38,547 nucleotides of DNA from Octopus bimaculoides (lineage: Eukaryota), in contig NC_068986.1 in NCBI RefSeq assembly GCF_001194135.2, forward strand, positions 81,263,875 to 81,302,421. Direction: 5' to 3'. The position numbers and the translations under genes are program-made. Positions 12,273 through 21,949 of this stretch are shown in pieces (position 1 is the first letter of the stretch; each line of letters begins with the position of its first letter). The notes under the pieces were generated by a model. That model ran no database searches and was not told the DNA's origin. It saw only the letters and a list, made by a program, of their open reading frames with translations.

Positions 12273-12391
12273 AAAGATTTGGCTGCTATTTCTTGCACGC
12301 CCTGCTACCACGTAACAGCTATTTGCGATAAAGGACCCGAAATACCTGTTATGTGGTAGCAGGACGTGGAAGAAATAGCAGCCAAATCTTT
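12273..12391. repeat. Inverted repeat: 46-bp arms, 27-nt loop
   Basis: Arms 12273-12318 and 12346-12391 pair at 43 of 46 Watson-Crick positions (counted by eye). Confidence 0.95.
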
Positions 12392-12503
12392 CCTTTTTCC
12401 GGGGAAAGGAGCCGTTTACGCGTGATTTCGATGTCACATTCGTTGAAAGCATGCGAAAGAACCTGGAAAAGAAAAGAAAAACTTATGAAACAAAATTTCG
12501 TTG

Positions 12504-12553
12504 CTGGGAAACTCAGACTTCCCAGGTGATCCAACGGGTCAGGGGTAGTCTAG
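12504..12553 (+). mobile_element. Helitron-like 3' terminus (hairpin + CTAG before T)
   Basis: GATCC-AAC-GGGTC hairpin (12528-12540) sits 9 nt before CTAG (12550-12553), followed by T and (AT)n; a second hairpin CTGGGAA/TTCCCAG lies at 12504-12525. Confidence 0.4.
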
Positions 12554-12859
12554 TATATATATATATATATATATAAACATAAACGCGTTCACGCAATGTT
12601 ATTAGTAACGTTCACTATCTTTTAAGTTGATGATCAATAATTCACTCATTGATACTTTGAATTCTGTCTCAATATCCCTCCTGTGTCCTATCATTGATTC
12701 TTCTACTGCTACTGAACTTACTCACTTTGCAGCCATTTTCCCGTTACTTGCACAGTTACTTGACTCTTTCACCTGATCTCTGATATATATACACATATAT
12801 ACATATATATATCGTGAAGAATATTTGCCACTTAAATGTGGCTAACCCTTTAAGGGTGG

Positions 12860-13040
12860 ATGCTACGGTAGCTTGTAACCCCAGGAGAACACCTCTTCCA
12901 GCTGGCTATTGACACTTTCTTTGCCCTATCAGTATTTGCAAAGGGAAGCCATCCTTCACATCTTCAACCTGACGTGATACACACGGACCCGAGTTTCTGG
13001 GTATTGACCCGTCATCAGCGTGTGACAATCACCGGTTGTC
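12860..13040. mobile_element. Penelope-type terminal repeat fragment carrying a hammerhead
   Basis: Shares two blocks with 31005-31160 and contains the hammerhead motif at 12980-13024. Confidence 0.6.
12980..13024 (-). ncRNA. Minimal type I hammerhead ribozyme (GUC site)
   Basis: Minus strand: CACACG CUGAUGA C-GGGU-caau-ACCC-A GAAA CUCGG GUC CGUGUG. Stem I is 6 perfect bp, core intact, C.A mismatch at 10.1-11.1, near-palindromic stem III ACUCGGGU. Confidence 0.75.
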
Positions 13041-13743
13041 TATGTGAAGTGGTTCCCAATGCAAATGTATATATACCCTTTTTCCAGTGAGGAAAAGTCA
13101 CTGATCTCGAAAAAGTGTATATATCAAAAGGATGTTTTGTAACACTATTCCACAGTCATATCAACAATCCAACATACTTCCATCATCAGCTGCTCCACGG
13201 ATATCATATGGTTTCGACACCTAGGTATTGCCATTCAATCCGGCGGTGTCAACAGCACTAAAATAAGTGTTGTTTGGGAACAAATAAACCCAAGAAATCA
13301 CAACTTTCAAACACGTTTACCTTACATGCAACCGTATCGATAAATAAATTCAATAAGTAAGATATNNNNNNNNNNNNNNNNNNNNNNNNNNNNNNNNNNN
13401 NNNNNNNNNNNNNNNNNNNNNNNNNNNNNNNNNNNNNNNNNNNNNNNNNNNNNNNNNNNNNNNNNNNNNNNNNNNNNNNNNNNNNNNNNNNNNNNNNNNN
13501 NNNNNNNNNNNNNNNNNNNNNNNNNNNNNNNNNNNNNNNNNNNNNNNNNNNNNNNNNNNNNNNNNNNNNNNNNNNNNNNNNNNNNNNNNNNNNNNNNNNN
13601 NNNNNNNNNNNNNNNNNNNNNNNNNNNNNNNNNNNNNNNNNNNNNNNNNNNNNNNNNNNNNNNNNNNNNNNNNNNNNNNNNNNNNNNNNNNNNNNNNNNN
13701 NNNNNNNNNNNNNNNNNNNNNNNNNNNNNNNNNNNNNNNNNNN

Positions 13744-15490
13744 ATCATCAAAACATTTTAACTGGAAAAATACAGACCTATTGGAGTTATGGGCATTCAA
13801 AGTGTAATGAAATTTAATTGAAAATCCTGCATGCATGGCCAGCATTTAGTTATTTGGAGATGTTGAAAAAATGTATGTTAATGCAATATGCAAATTAATT
13901 ACAGCAATATTATATAACTGTTTAGATATTGAATTAGAATAGACGTTCATCAAAATGTTGTATGAACTGTAAATAAGCAATAAATATTATGATTTGTAAA
14001 ATAAGTATAACTGATACAGGGTGTCGCAAGTCAATGTGGTGAGGAAGTTTGGTTTCATTTTTTAAGAATTTTAAGCATTCAAAGTAAGAGTTCATTGTAC
14101 TGGGTCAAACTTATGAAATACGTTGTGGAATGAAAAAGTTATCTACTATCATCGAAAAGTTTGTACTGGAAAACTGCAGAATTATTGGAGTCATGGGCAT
14201 GTGAAATTTGGCAATCGGGGATCGAATCCACGCTATGCCACAAATACGTTGTGGAATAAAAAATTTATTTACTGTCATGGAAAAAGTTTAACTGGAATAA
14301 TGCAGAATTATCAGAGTAATGAGCATTCAAAAAAGTATGTATGTATAGAAATGTATGAATGAAGTCTTTAAGGTTTAAGATTCAAATCAAGAAAGTGCAA
14401 TAATAATGTTTAGCAGTTCAAAACTGAGTAGTGGAATACAGAATTAGGTCGGCTGATCGTGAGAATCAAATATTGATCGCTTCGCTAAATACTGCAGGTG
14501 GTATGGATTATTTCCCTTGGGTTGTTCAAATAAAATATTAGTAATATGTAGTAGATATAAGGATCCATTGGAGGAGGCCCTATTATTGATATTTTTTTCA
14601 ACAATCTAAGTATGTCACGAGGTTTCCAGACATGAGTTCTATTCACGTGTCAAATAAAGTATAAAAGTTATATTGTCTACAAAAATTAGAAATTGGACAC
14701 ACAAAAAAATCAATATTCAAAGTAATCGAACATAAAGAATGAAACCTGTAAAATATTTCTAAATTCGATGGCTCAATTAGTTTCATGAAAATGTATGAAC
14801 TGTAAATAAGTAATAAATATTATGATTAATTAGTTTCATGAAAATATTATATGAACTGTAAATAAGCAATAAATATTATGATTTGTAAAATAAGTGATAC
14901 AGGATGTCCCAACTAAATGTGGTGTGGAAGTTTGGCTTCATTTTTTAAGAATTTGAAGCATTCAAAGTATGAGTTCATTGTATTGGGACACACTTATCAA
15001 ATACGTTCTTGAATCAAAAATTTATGTACTATCGTCGAAAAATTTTAACTGGAAAAATGCAGAATTATCGGAGTTACGGGCATTGAAAGTGTACATGCAT
15101 CAAGAAAGTGCAATAATAAGGTTTAGCGGTTCAAAACTGTGAGTAGTGAAATGCAAAATTAAGTCCGCTGATCGTGAGAATCAAATATTGAGCGCTTCGC
15201 TAAAAACTAACAACTGTAAGTGTAAGTGGCATGGTTATTTCCCTTGAGTGTTTAAAAAAAATTATGCAGTTGCTATGGGTTACTTCCCTTGGGTGCTTTT
15301 AAAAAAATATTAGTTAGATATAAAGATCCCTTCCAGGGGGCTGTATTATCGATTTTTCCAACAATCTAAGTATGTCACGAGGTTTCCAGACATGATTTCT
15401 ACTCACGTGTCAAGTTTCATGAAAATCAATAAAACGATGAAGGAGGAGTTAGCTAACAACGCCACAAACAAACACACACATTTTCCACGT
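13744..15490. repeat. Hierarchical tandem duplication (about 0.6-0.7 kb units with about 125-bp subunits) ending in a Helentron/HINE-like tail
   Basis: 13945-14653 aligns with 14833-15413 (e.g. CAACAATCTAAGTATGTCACGAGGTTTCCAGACATGA in both). The array ends AAGTTTCATGAAAAT...GGAGGAGTT...ACAAACAAACA. The HINE call itself is less certain than the duplication. Confidence 0.75.
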
Positions 15491-15624
15491 ATTTGTTAGT
15501 TATGATAACATTAACATTAATGTTATAAAACATAAAATACAACTGAACGTGAATGAAGTGTTCGAAGAACACATTTGGTTTTTGCTTTGTTTTGTTTTTT
15601 GTTTTTTGTTGCTTTTTCTTTTAT

Positions 15625-15735
15625 TGGTCAGTCCGAAGCTGGTAGACTACATTTACTCTAAGTGCTGTGTAGTGCGATCGAACTCGGAACCAAGTGCTTA
15701 CGAAGCTAATTTCTTAAAAACACAGCCGTACCTAC
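15625..15735 (-). mobile_element. Degenerate SINE family A head
   Basis: TTGGTCAGTCCGAAGCT...GATCGAACTCGGAACCA...ACACAGCC resembles 19360-19465. Confidence 0.5.
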
Positions 15736-15939
15736 ACACATTCACATATCCAACACTATGACAGGAGCACACATCACTATAAAGACTGAAATAATACATA
15801 TAGAATTTTTATGTTGTAATTTTTATGCTGAATTTCATTAATGTTTCTATGTACTATAGGAATCAGAAACCTGTTTCTTACAGGATGTAGTGCATGGAAA
15901 TAGTCAACGAAACATGGCACTATAAATTACAGCGGATCG

Positions 15940-16250
15940 GCATGCATAAGAATGCATGTGACGTGTCCTCAATTTCTCCGGCGCGTGCCTTCATACAATT
16001 GAAGAAATAGCAAATGATTTCAACCGCACCTGACAAGTTATCCGATCTTCACGATGAATCACCAAAGTTCTTCGTGACTGACTGAACGAAAAGCTTTAGT
16101 GAGATCAAGATTTTGTTCTTCCATTTTTCTTAGATTTCCTTCGCTGCAAATCTTATGTCAGTAGTATCTCTACCAGACCTGAATAAGTATTGACTTTCAG
16201 GAAAGGAAATATCGAAGTTGAGACAGAGAAGGTTGATGCTTTCTCTGTGA
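15940..16250 (-). pseudogene. RTE-clade LINE reverse transcriptase fragment (downstream part)
   Basis: Minus-strand PESQYLFRSGRDTTDIRFAAKEI*EKW, then after a frameshift DLTKAFRSVSHEELW, matches RTE RT motifs PESQCGFR..RSTTDMIFAARQLQEK / DLTKAFDSV. Confidence 0.75.
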
Positions 16251-16271
16251 TCATCCAAGTTCTTATCGTCA

Positions 16272-16492
16272 TTACTGACTTCAAATTTTGGCACAAGGCC
16301 AGCAAGTTCGGGAGATGAGGCTAGTCGATTACATTGATTCCAGCACTCAACTGGTACTTATTTTATCGACCCCGAAAGGATGAAAGGCAAAGTCGACCAC
16401 GGCGGAATTTGAACTCGGAACGTAAAGAGGGACGAAATGCCGCTTAGCATTTTTTGCCCGGCGTGCTAACGATTCGACCAGTTTCTTGCCTT
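16272..16492 (-). mobile_element. SINE family B, full length, inserted in the RTE RT
   Basis: Complete head-to-tail reverse-complement match to family B; RT homology on both sides. Confidence 0.85.
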
Positions 16493-16504
16493 AATCTTAA
16501 TATT

Positions 16505-16790
16505 AACGGTGGATAATCCCCGATGGCTATCGCACACCTGTCTATCTCTTTGCAGAGGCCAATGATAATAACGTTGTCTGAAATGTTGCGGATCGACCTC
16601 TTCTATTCACAACTGTCTGAAAAATAAAACGAGTTCTACCATGAGTGTGTCTCAACCATACTTGTAACTCCTGGTCGGATACTAACCTCACAGATTCTTT
16701 CCCACGATAAAGTTCCTTAATCTTCTCAGGTGTTTCTGTAGTCATTGGGTTTCTGTCAAATCATCAGACTCTGGAATATTTCCTTGATTG
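16505..16790 (-). pseudogene. RTE-clade LINE reverse transcriptase fragment (upstream part)
   Basis: Minus-strand VDPQHFR...DRQVCDSHRGLS matches the RTE VPQDFRDA...GDRSVCDNHRGISLL region, collinear with 15940-16250. Confidence 0.65.
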
Positions 16791-17124
16791 TTTTAACGGG
16801 GATTATTGATTAAGAAGATAAATAAAGTGCTGTGCTCACAGTTCTGTGATGAGTGCTAGTTATTTTATATTCAAATATATATANNNNNNNNNNNNNNNNN
16901 NNNNNNNNNNNNNNNNNNNNNNNNNNNNNNNNNNNNNNNNNNNNNNNNNNNNNNNNNNNNNNNNNNNNNNNNNNNNNNNNNNNNNNNNNNNNNNNNNNNN
17001 NNNNNNNNNNNNNNNNNNNNNNNNNNNNNNNNNNNNNNNNNNNNTAAAGAGAGAAAGAGTGAGAGAGAGAGAGAGTGAGAGAGAGAGTGAGAGAGAGAGA
17101 GAGAGTGAGAGAGAAAGAGAGCAT

Positions 17125-17385
17125 GTGATCACGTGATCACGTGACAAGCCAGGCTATCATATATTGTTACACATCGCTGGTCACAATGCGCTTTTGCTTT
17201 GTTTTAGCCTTTAAATGATGCCACCCCTCTGGCTAGGCGAGCAGGCCAACATTCCCCACTGATTGAAGGAGGACTAGAACAATGTGAAATATGTGAAATG
17301 AATTGTTTTGCTCAAGAACACAACACGCCGCCCTGTCAGTGAACCGAACCCACGATTTAGCGATCATGAGTGCAACAGCCTAACC
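17125..17385 (-). mobile_element. tRNA-derived SINE (C-like head, different 3' body)
   Basis: TTGCTCAAGAACACAACACGC...GAACCGAACCCACGAT...CCTAACCAC is the reverse complement of a head like 5442-5525; the body is unrelated to 5560-5756. Confidence 0.65.
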
Positions 17386-17437
17386 ACCATGTATGTATGT
17401 ATGTATGTATGTATGTATGTATGCATGTCATTGGACT

Positions 17438-17778
17438 CCCATTAAAGGCTTGTGATATGCAGGACACTGACTGGGAGAATAATGCCTGTCATCGTCACAG
17501 ATGGAGGAAGCAGGTTAAGGAGGGGATCAACACTTTCGAGAGAGAACGTATCCAGCATGAAGAATTTAAGCGAGCTACGCGAAAGTGCACGGCTCGTATA
17601 GTGAATGGGGAAAGCTTAATCTGCAATGTTTGCAGTCGTGTGTGCTTGTCAAGAACAGGGCTCATTAGCCACCAACGGAGCCATAAATGCAAAATGTAAG
17701 TTAGTACTAAAGCGCAGAATGTTCCTGAAGGTCGGCAATGGTCTTCCTCGGTCACGAGTGGACGGCCATCATCATCAT
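17438..17778 (+). mobile_element. 5'-truncated RTE LINE 3' end with (ATC)n tail and 14-bp TSD
   Basis: LKACDMQDTDWENNACHRHRWRKQVKEG...CNVCSRVCLSRTGLISHQRSH is an RTE-type C-terminus with a C2H2-like finger; CATGTCATTGGACT flanks at 17424-17437 and 17779-17792. Confidence 0.85.
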
Positions 17779-17782
17779 CATG

Positions 17783-17962
17783 TCATTGGACTACCGCCAT
17801 GCTAGTACACCACCTTCAGGGTTTTGGTCGAACAAATCGAGCTCAGTACTCATTTTTAAGTCTGGTGCTTATTCTGTCGGTTGTAAAGCAGTGGTGGTGG
17901 TGGACAAACACACACACATACATACATACATACATACATACATACATACATACATACATACA

Positions 17963-17998
<36 letters not shown>

Positions 17999-18183
17999 TA
18001 TGAAAACATGTATATAAATGGCTGGACCTCTGCACGGTTTCCGTCTCACAAATTTACTCGCAAGGTATCGGTCACCTCGGGGATCTAGTAGAAGACACTT
18101 GCGCAAGATGTCGCGCAGTGGGACTGAGCTTGAAACCACACAAATTTGCAAAGCAAGTTTCTTAACCATTAAGACAAGCCTGT
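17783..18183 (-). mobile_element. SINE family A with expanded central (TACA)n
   Basis: The 3' part (17783-17915) and 5' part (18015-18183) match 19081-19475. Confidence 0.8.
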
Positions 18184-18290
18184 GCCTATACACAGATTCA
18201 TATTAAATTACTGGTATGCGTACATAGACGTAATATTTCCCTGCGTGGTAACATACTGTGTTGGTTAAAATGCTATGTTATAAAAATTCT

Positions 18291-18520
18291 AAGAAACTAG
18301 CTTCCCAACCACATGTTCCGGGTTCAGTCCCACTGTGTGGCACTGCCGATCAAAGCCTTGTCTGTGATTTGGTAGACGTCCCCGTAACTTAGCGGTTCGG
18401 CAAAAAGAGACCGATAGAATAAGTACTAAGCTTATAAAGAATAAGTCCTGGGATCGATTTGTTTGACTAAAGACGGTGCTCCAGCATGGCCGCAGTCAAA
18501 TGACTGAAACAAAGAAAAGG
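18291..18520 (+). mobile_element. SINE family A with two internal deletions
   Basis: Head with GGGTTCAGTCCC; GATTTGGTAGACG joins directly to TCCCCGTAACTTAGCGG, so the central microsatellite segment is missing. Confidence 0.85.
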
Positions 18521-19080
18521 AAAAGTACATTATATACACACACACGCAAGCCCATATGTATGTATATAAACGAACATGTGTATGTGTGTGGATGTGATTG
18601 TGAGTGTGTGTATATGTGTGTGAATAAAGGACAGCTTTTCTTTAAATATGTTATATCAAGGACACTCTGTTCGACTGTAATATCTTTTATTAATGATTTT
18701 TCGTATTTCCTTGTTAATCCTTTATGTTTAGTATCAAACAACACGCTTTCTGAGTTTATTTACATTTCAAGACCTTCTTGGTCACATCATATGACTGAAA
18801 TGATAACGCTATTGAAGTGCTCTTCGCGCGCTTGGCAGTAGATCAAAAAAGATCAAGGGAATACTGTTGTATTTGATAAAATCGCCAATGCCAGATTTTA
18901 AATTGTTCAGCGGTTAATTCCAGTTAGACTTTGTACTATATATGCCCTGATTTTTGGATCGAATTTTGCTATAAAGCTTCAGTGGGTAATTTTCTCGTTG
19001 TTTTCTTTTTGTGGAGTTCTATACAGGATGGTAATGTTGATAAAATTGTTCTTCCATAAGTTATGTTTCATATACTTTTT

Positions 19081-19475
19081 TACTCTTTTACTTGTTTCAG
19101 TCATTTGGCTACGGCCATGCTGGAGCACCGCCTTTAGTCGAGCAAATCGACCCCAGGACTTATTCTTTGTAAGCCTAGTACTTATTCTATCGGTCTCTTT
19201 TGCCGAACCGCTAAGTTACGGGGACGTAAACACACCAGCATCGGTTGTCAAGCGATGTTGGGGGGACAAACACATACGCACAAACATATATATATATATA
19301 TACATATATACGACGGGTTTCTTTCAGTTTCCGTCTATCAAATCCACTCACAAGGCTTTGGTCAGCCTGAGGCTATAGTCGAAGACACTTGCCCAAGGTG
19401 CCACGCAGTGGGACTGAACCCGGAACCATGTGGTTGGTAAGCAAGCTACTTACCACACAGCCACTCCTGCGCCTA
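19081..19475 (-). mobile_element. SINE family A, near-intact reference copy
   Basis: Minus strand starts TAGGCGCAGGAGTGGCTGTGTGG (A box)...GGGTTCAGTCCC (B box), has a central (CA/TA)n, and ends ...GAAACAAGTAAAAGAGTA. Confidence 0.92.
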
Positions 19476-20482
19476 TCTTAATATTAGTTAAAATAATTTC
19501 TCATTCTGTCTCAACTTCCTTCCGTTTGCAGAGTGAAAATGTAGCATTCGAATGGCTCTCATCGGGGATCTAAGCCGGGCCTCATAATTCAAATAGAAGA
19601 TGACGGCAAAGAAATTTTATGAAAATAATTTCTTTTGTTTCTTCTTGTTTTATTTTCTTTTCTTTTCTTTTGCTGCTTTTTTTTTTAACTAAAATAACAT
19701 TGAGTACTCAATGCACTATTCACTACTTTTTTTTAACCACTCAAATACTTGATATCATTTACCTCAGACGTGAGAATAGCATTCCTGTGAATTTTGTTAT
19801 ATTTATAGACCGTTTAAACCTGTTTATAGACCTTTAAACCTGATACACATAGCGGCCAAATTTCCCTCTAGTCATTCGCAATAATGTTGATAAATTCACA
19901 CACATTAACCAATACTAACAGATTAATCTATACATATAAACACAAACAGATACAGATACAAACACACACAGACTTGTATGTATTTACGCATGCATGTATG
20001 TATGTGTGTATGTATGTATGTATGTATATATGTATATATGTATGTATGTATGCATGTATGTATGTATCTATGTATATATGTATGTATGCCTGCATATATA
20101 TATTTAGTCCTGCTGAGATTCCAGGCTGGCGCCCGGTGTGCTAAAAGACCACAGGGAGTAAGGCACCGCTCAGCTTTTGTTAAAGCATATCTCTAGGTCA
20201 TTCTGATATAAAGCCGGATATGCAGGAAATGGCATTGAATACTTTGGGGATCTTTTGCTTACGCTTGAGATCATGGCGCTCCCACACTCCAAACGACATC
20301 TGCACTAAATATCTTGCTTCGGTTTGTCTCTGGATCATGTTAATAGGGTGGAGAGGGCCTATAAGATGTCATACTGAAAATAATTTCTTTTGTTTCTTCT
20401 GCATGAGTATTGCTGCTTAATGGTCAATGATGGTCTTCCTCAGTCACAACTGGACAAACTTTATGTGTATTTAATAGGTTCA

Positions 20483-20750
20483 GACTGGCTGAATGGTCAA
20501 GAAGTTCGCTTCGCAACTACGTAGCCATCGGTTCGATCCTACTGCATAATATCATGAGTAGACGTAATTTTCTATAGTGACAGGTTGACTCATACTTTGT
20601 CAGAAAAATGTCACATTCAAATGTCACAGCCTTATCTGAGAATTACGTAAAGGATACACATGCCTGTAGAATGTTTGGTCACTTATACGTCGGTTCCGAA
20701 GTAGGTGATTCAGTTGCTTGATCAATTGGGTCATCATTAGATGGCGATGT
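20483..20750 (+). mobile_element. Degenerate SINE, A-like tRNA head plus D-like body
   Basis: TGGCTGAATGGTCAAGAAGTTCGCTTCGCAACTACG...GGTTCGATCCTACTGC head; the body TGTCACAGCCTTATCTGAGAATTACGTAAAGGATACAC does not match the family A body. Confidence 0.5.
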
Positions 20751-20780
20751 TTCATTGCTGAACTGCTAAATTACCAGGAC

Positions 20781-20814
<34 letters not shown>

Positions 20815-21037
20815 AAGCACATGGACAAATAAATAAAAACAAATTAAACGAACGTGTATAAACAGGGAATACAAATAATACAGGCACTCCCCATACACAC
20901 ACACGCACTTACTAAACATAGACACACATAGGGGGATACGCATGCGCAAATAAAGACACATACAATAGGAACACAAATTACAAAATGGTTGATCGTTAGT
21001 AAGGAAAGACACACAAATTGGAAAAGAAGAAAGCAAA

Positions 21038-21082
21038 GGACCACTGATGAGGTCACAGAAGTGTGACGAAAGAACTCTGGCC
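21038..21082 (+). ncRNA. Minimal type I hammerhead ribozyme (CUC site)
   Basis: GGACCA CUGAUGA G GUCACA-gaag-UGUGAC GAAA GAA CUC UGGCC. Intact core, perfect 6-bp stem II, stem I with one bulge, predicted cut after 21077. Confidence 0.75.
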
Positions 21083-21949
21083 GAAATATGATTAATGTAA
21101 TGTAAAATAAAGCTGAAGTGAATTAATACCAAATATATAGTGCGTTTGTTTTTATTGGCTAAACTGGCAACATGACCATCCCCANNNNNNNNNNNNNNNN
21201 NNNNNNNNNNNNNNNNNNNNNNNNNNNNNNNNNNNNNNNNNNNNNNNNNNNNNNNNNNNNNNNNNNNNNNNNNNNNNNNNNNNNNNNNNNNNNNNNNNNN
21301 NNNNNNNNNNNNNNNNNNNNNNNNNNNNNNNNNNNNNNNNNNNNNNNNNNNNNNNNNNNNNNNNNNNNNNNNNNNNNNNNNNNNNNNNNNNNNNNNNNNN
21401 NNNNNNNNNNNNNNNNNNNNNNNNNNNNNNNTATATATATATAGTTTTCTGCAGCTGCTGAATTTGTTGTGTATATGAACAGATTGGGTGTTTTTTTCTC
21501 TGGGGTTGGGTTGGGCTGGTCAATCTAGGTGTGATTATGTAACCTATATAGTTGATACATAAACAGAAATTTTAATTACTTTTCTGTGTAGCTGGGATTT
21601 ATTTAACTTTTCTTTACTATGCAGGAAGCAAGCTGGTCGCTAGGAATGCAGCATGGCTCTTTTATTTAGAGTAAGACAGTTCTTGAGGTTTGTGGTTAAC
21701 TGAACTGGTTGATGTATGCATACATGTGTGTGTGTCGTGCATATGCTCGTGCTTCATAAACTTACACTCCTGGTTGTGCGTTTTACAATGGAACACAAGT
21801 GTATGTGTGTATGTGTGTGTGTGCGCGCGCGTGTGTGTGTGTGTGTGTGTTTCATTACTGCTTATGCGTGTGTGCTTGTACATACCATATATAGGAGTGA
21901 TTGTGTGCATATGGTGATCCACTGACCTTAAATGAAGAATCCCTGAAAT

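Noticed and set aside
13178-13257. Minus-strand 80-nt exon with TTATTTTAG acceptor and GTATGT donor
   Set aside because: All three frames contain a stop; possible only as a UTR or terminal exon, with no further support.
18600-19060. Possible old LINE pre-RT region on the minus strand
   Set aside because: Only vague resemblance (REEHFNSV); no diagnostic motif. Needs BLASTX.
19532-19575. Plus-strand acceptor TTCCGTTTGCAG followed by SENVAFEWLSSGI*
   Set aside because: Short frame, no donor, no independent support.
20110-20460. Second RTE 3' end
   Set aside because: The last about 35 nt resemble 17738-17765 (ATGGTCTTCCTC.GTCAC), but upstream coding similarity is too decayed and no TSD or tail is seen.
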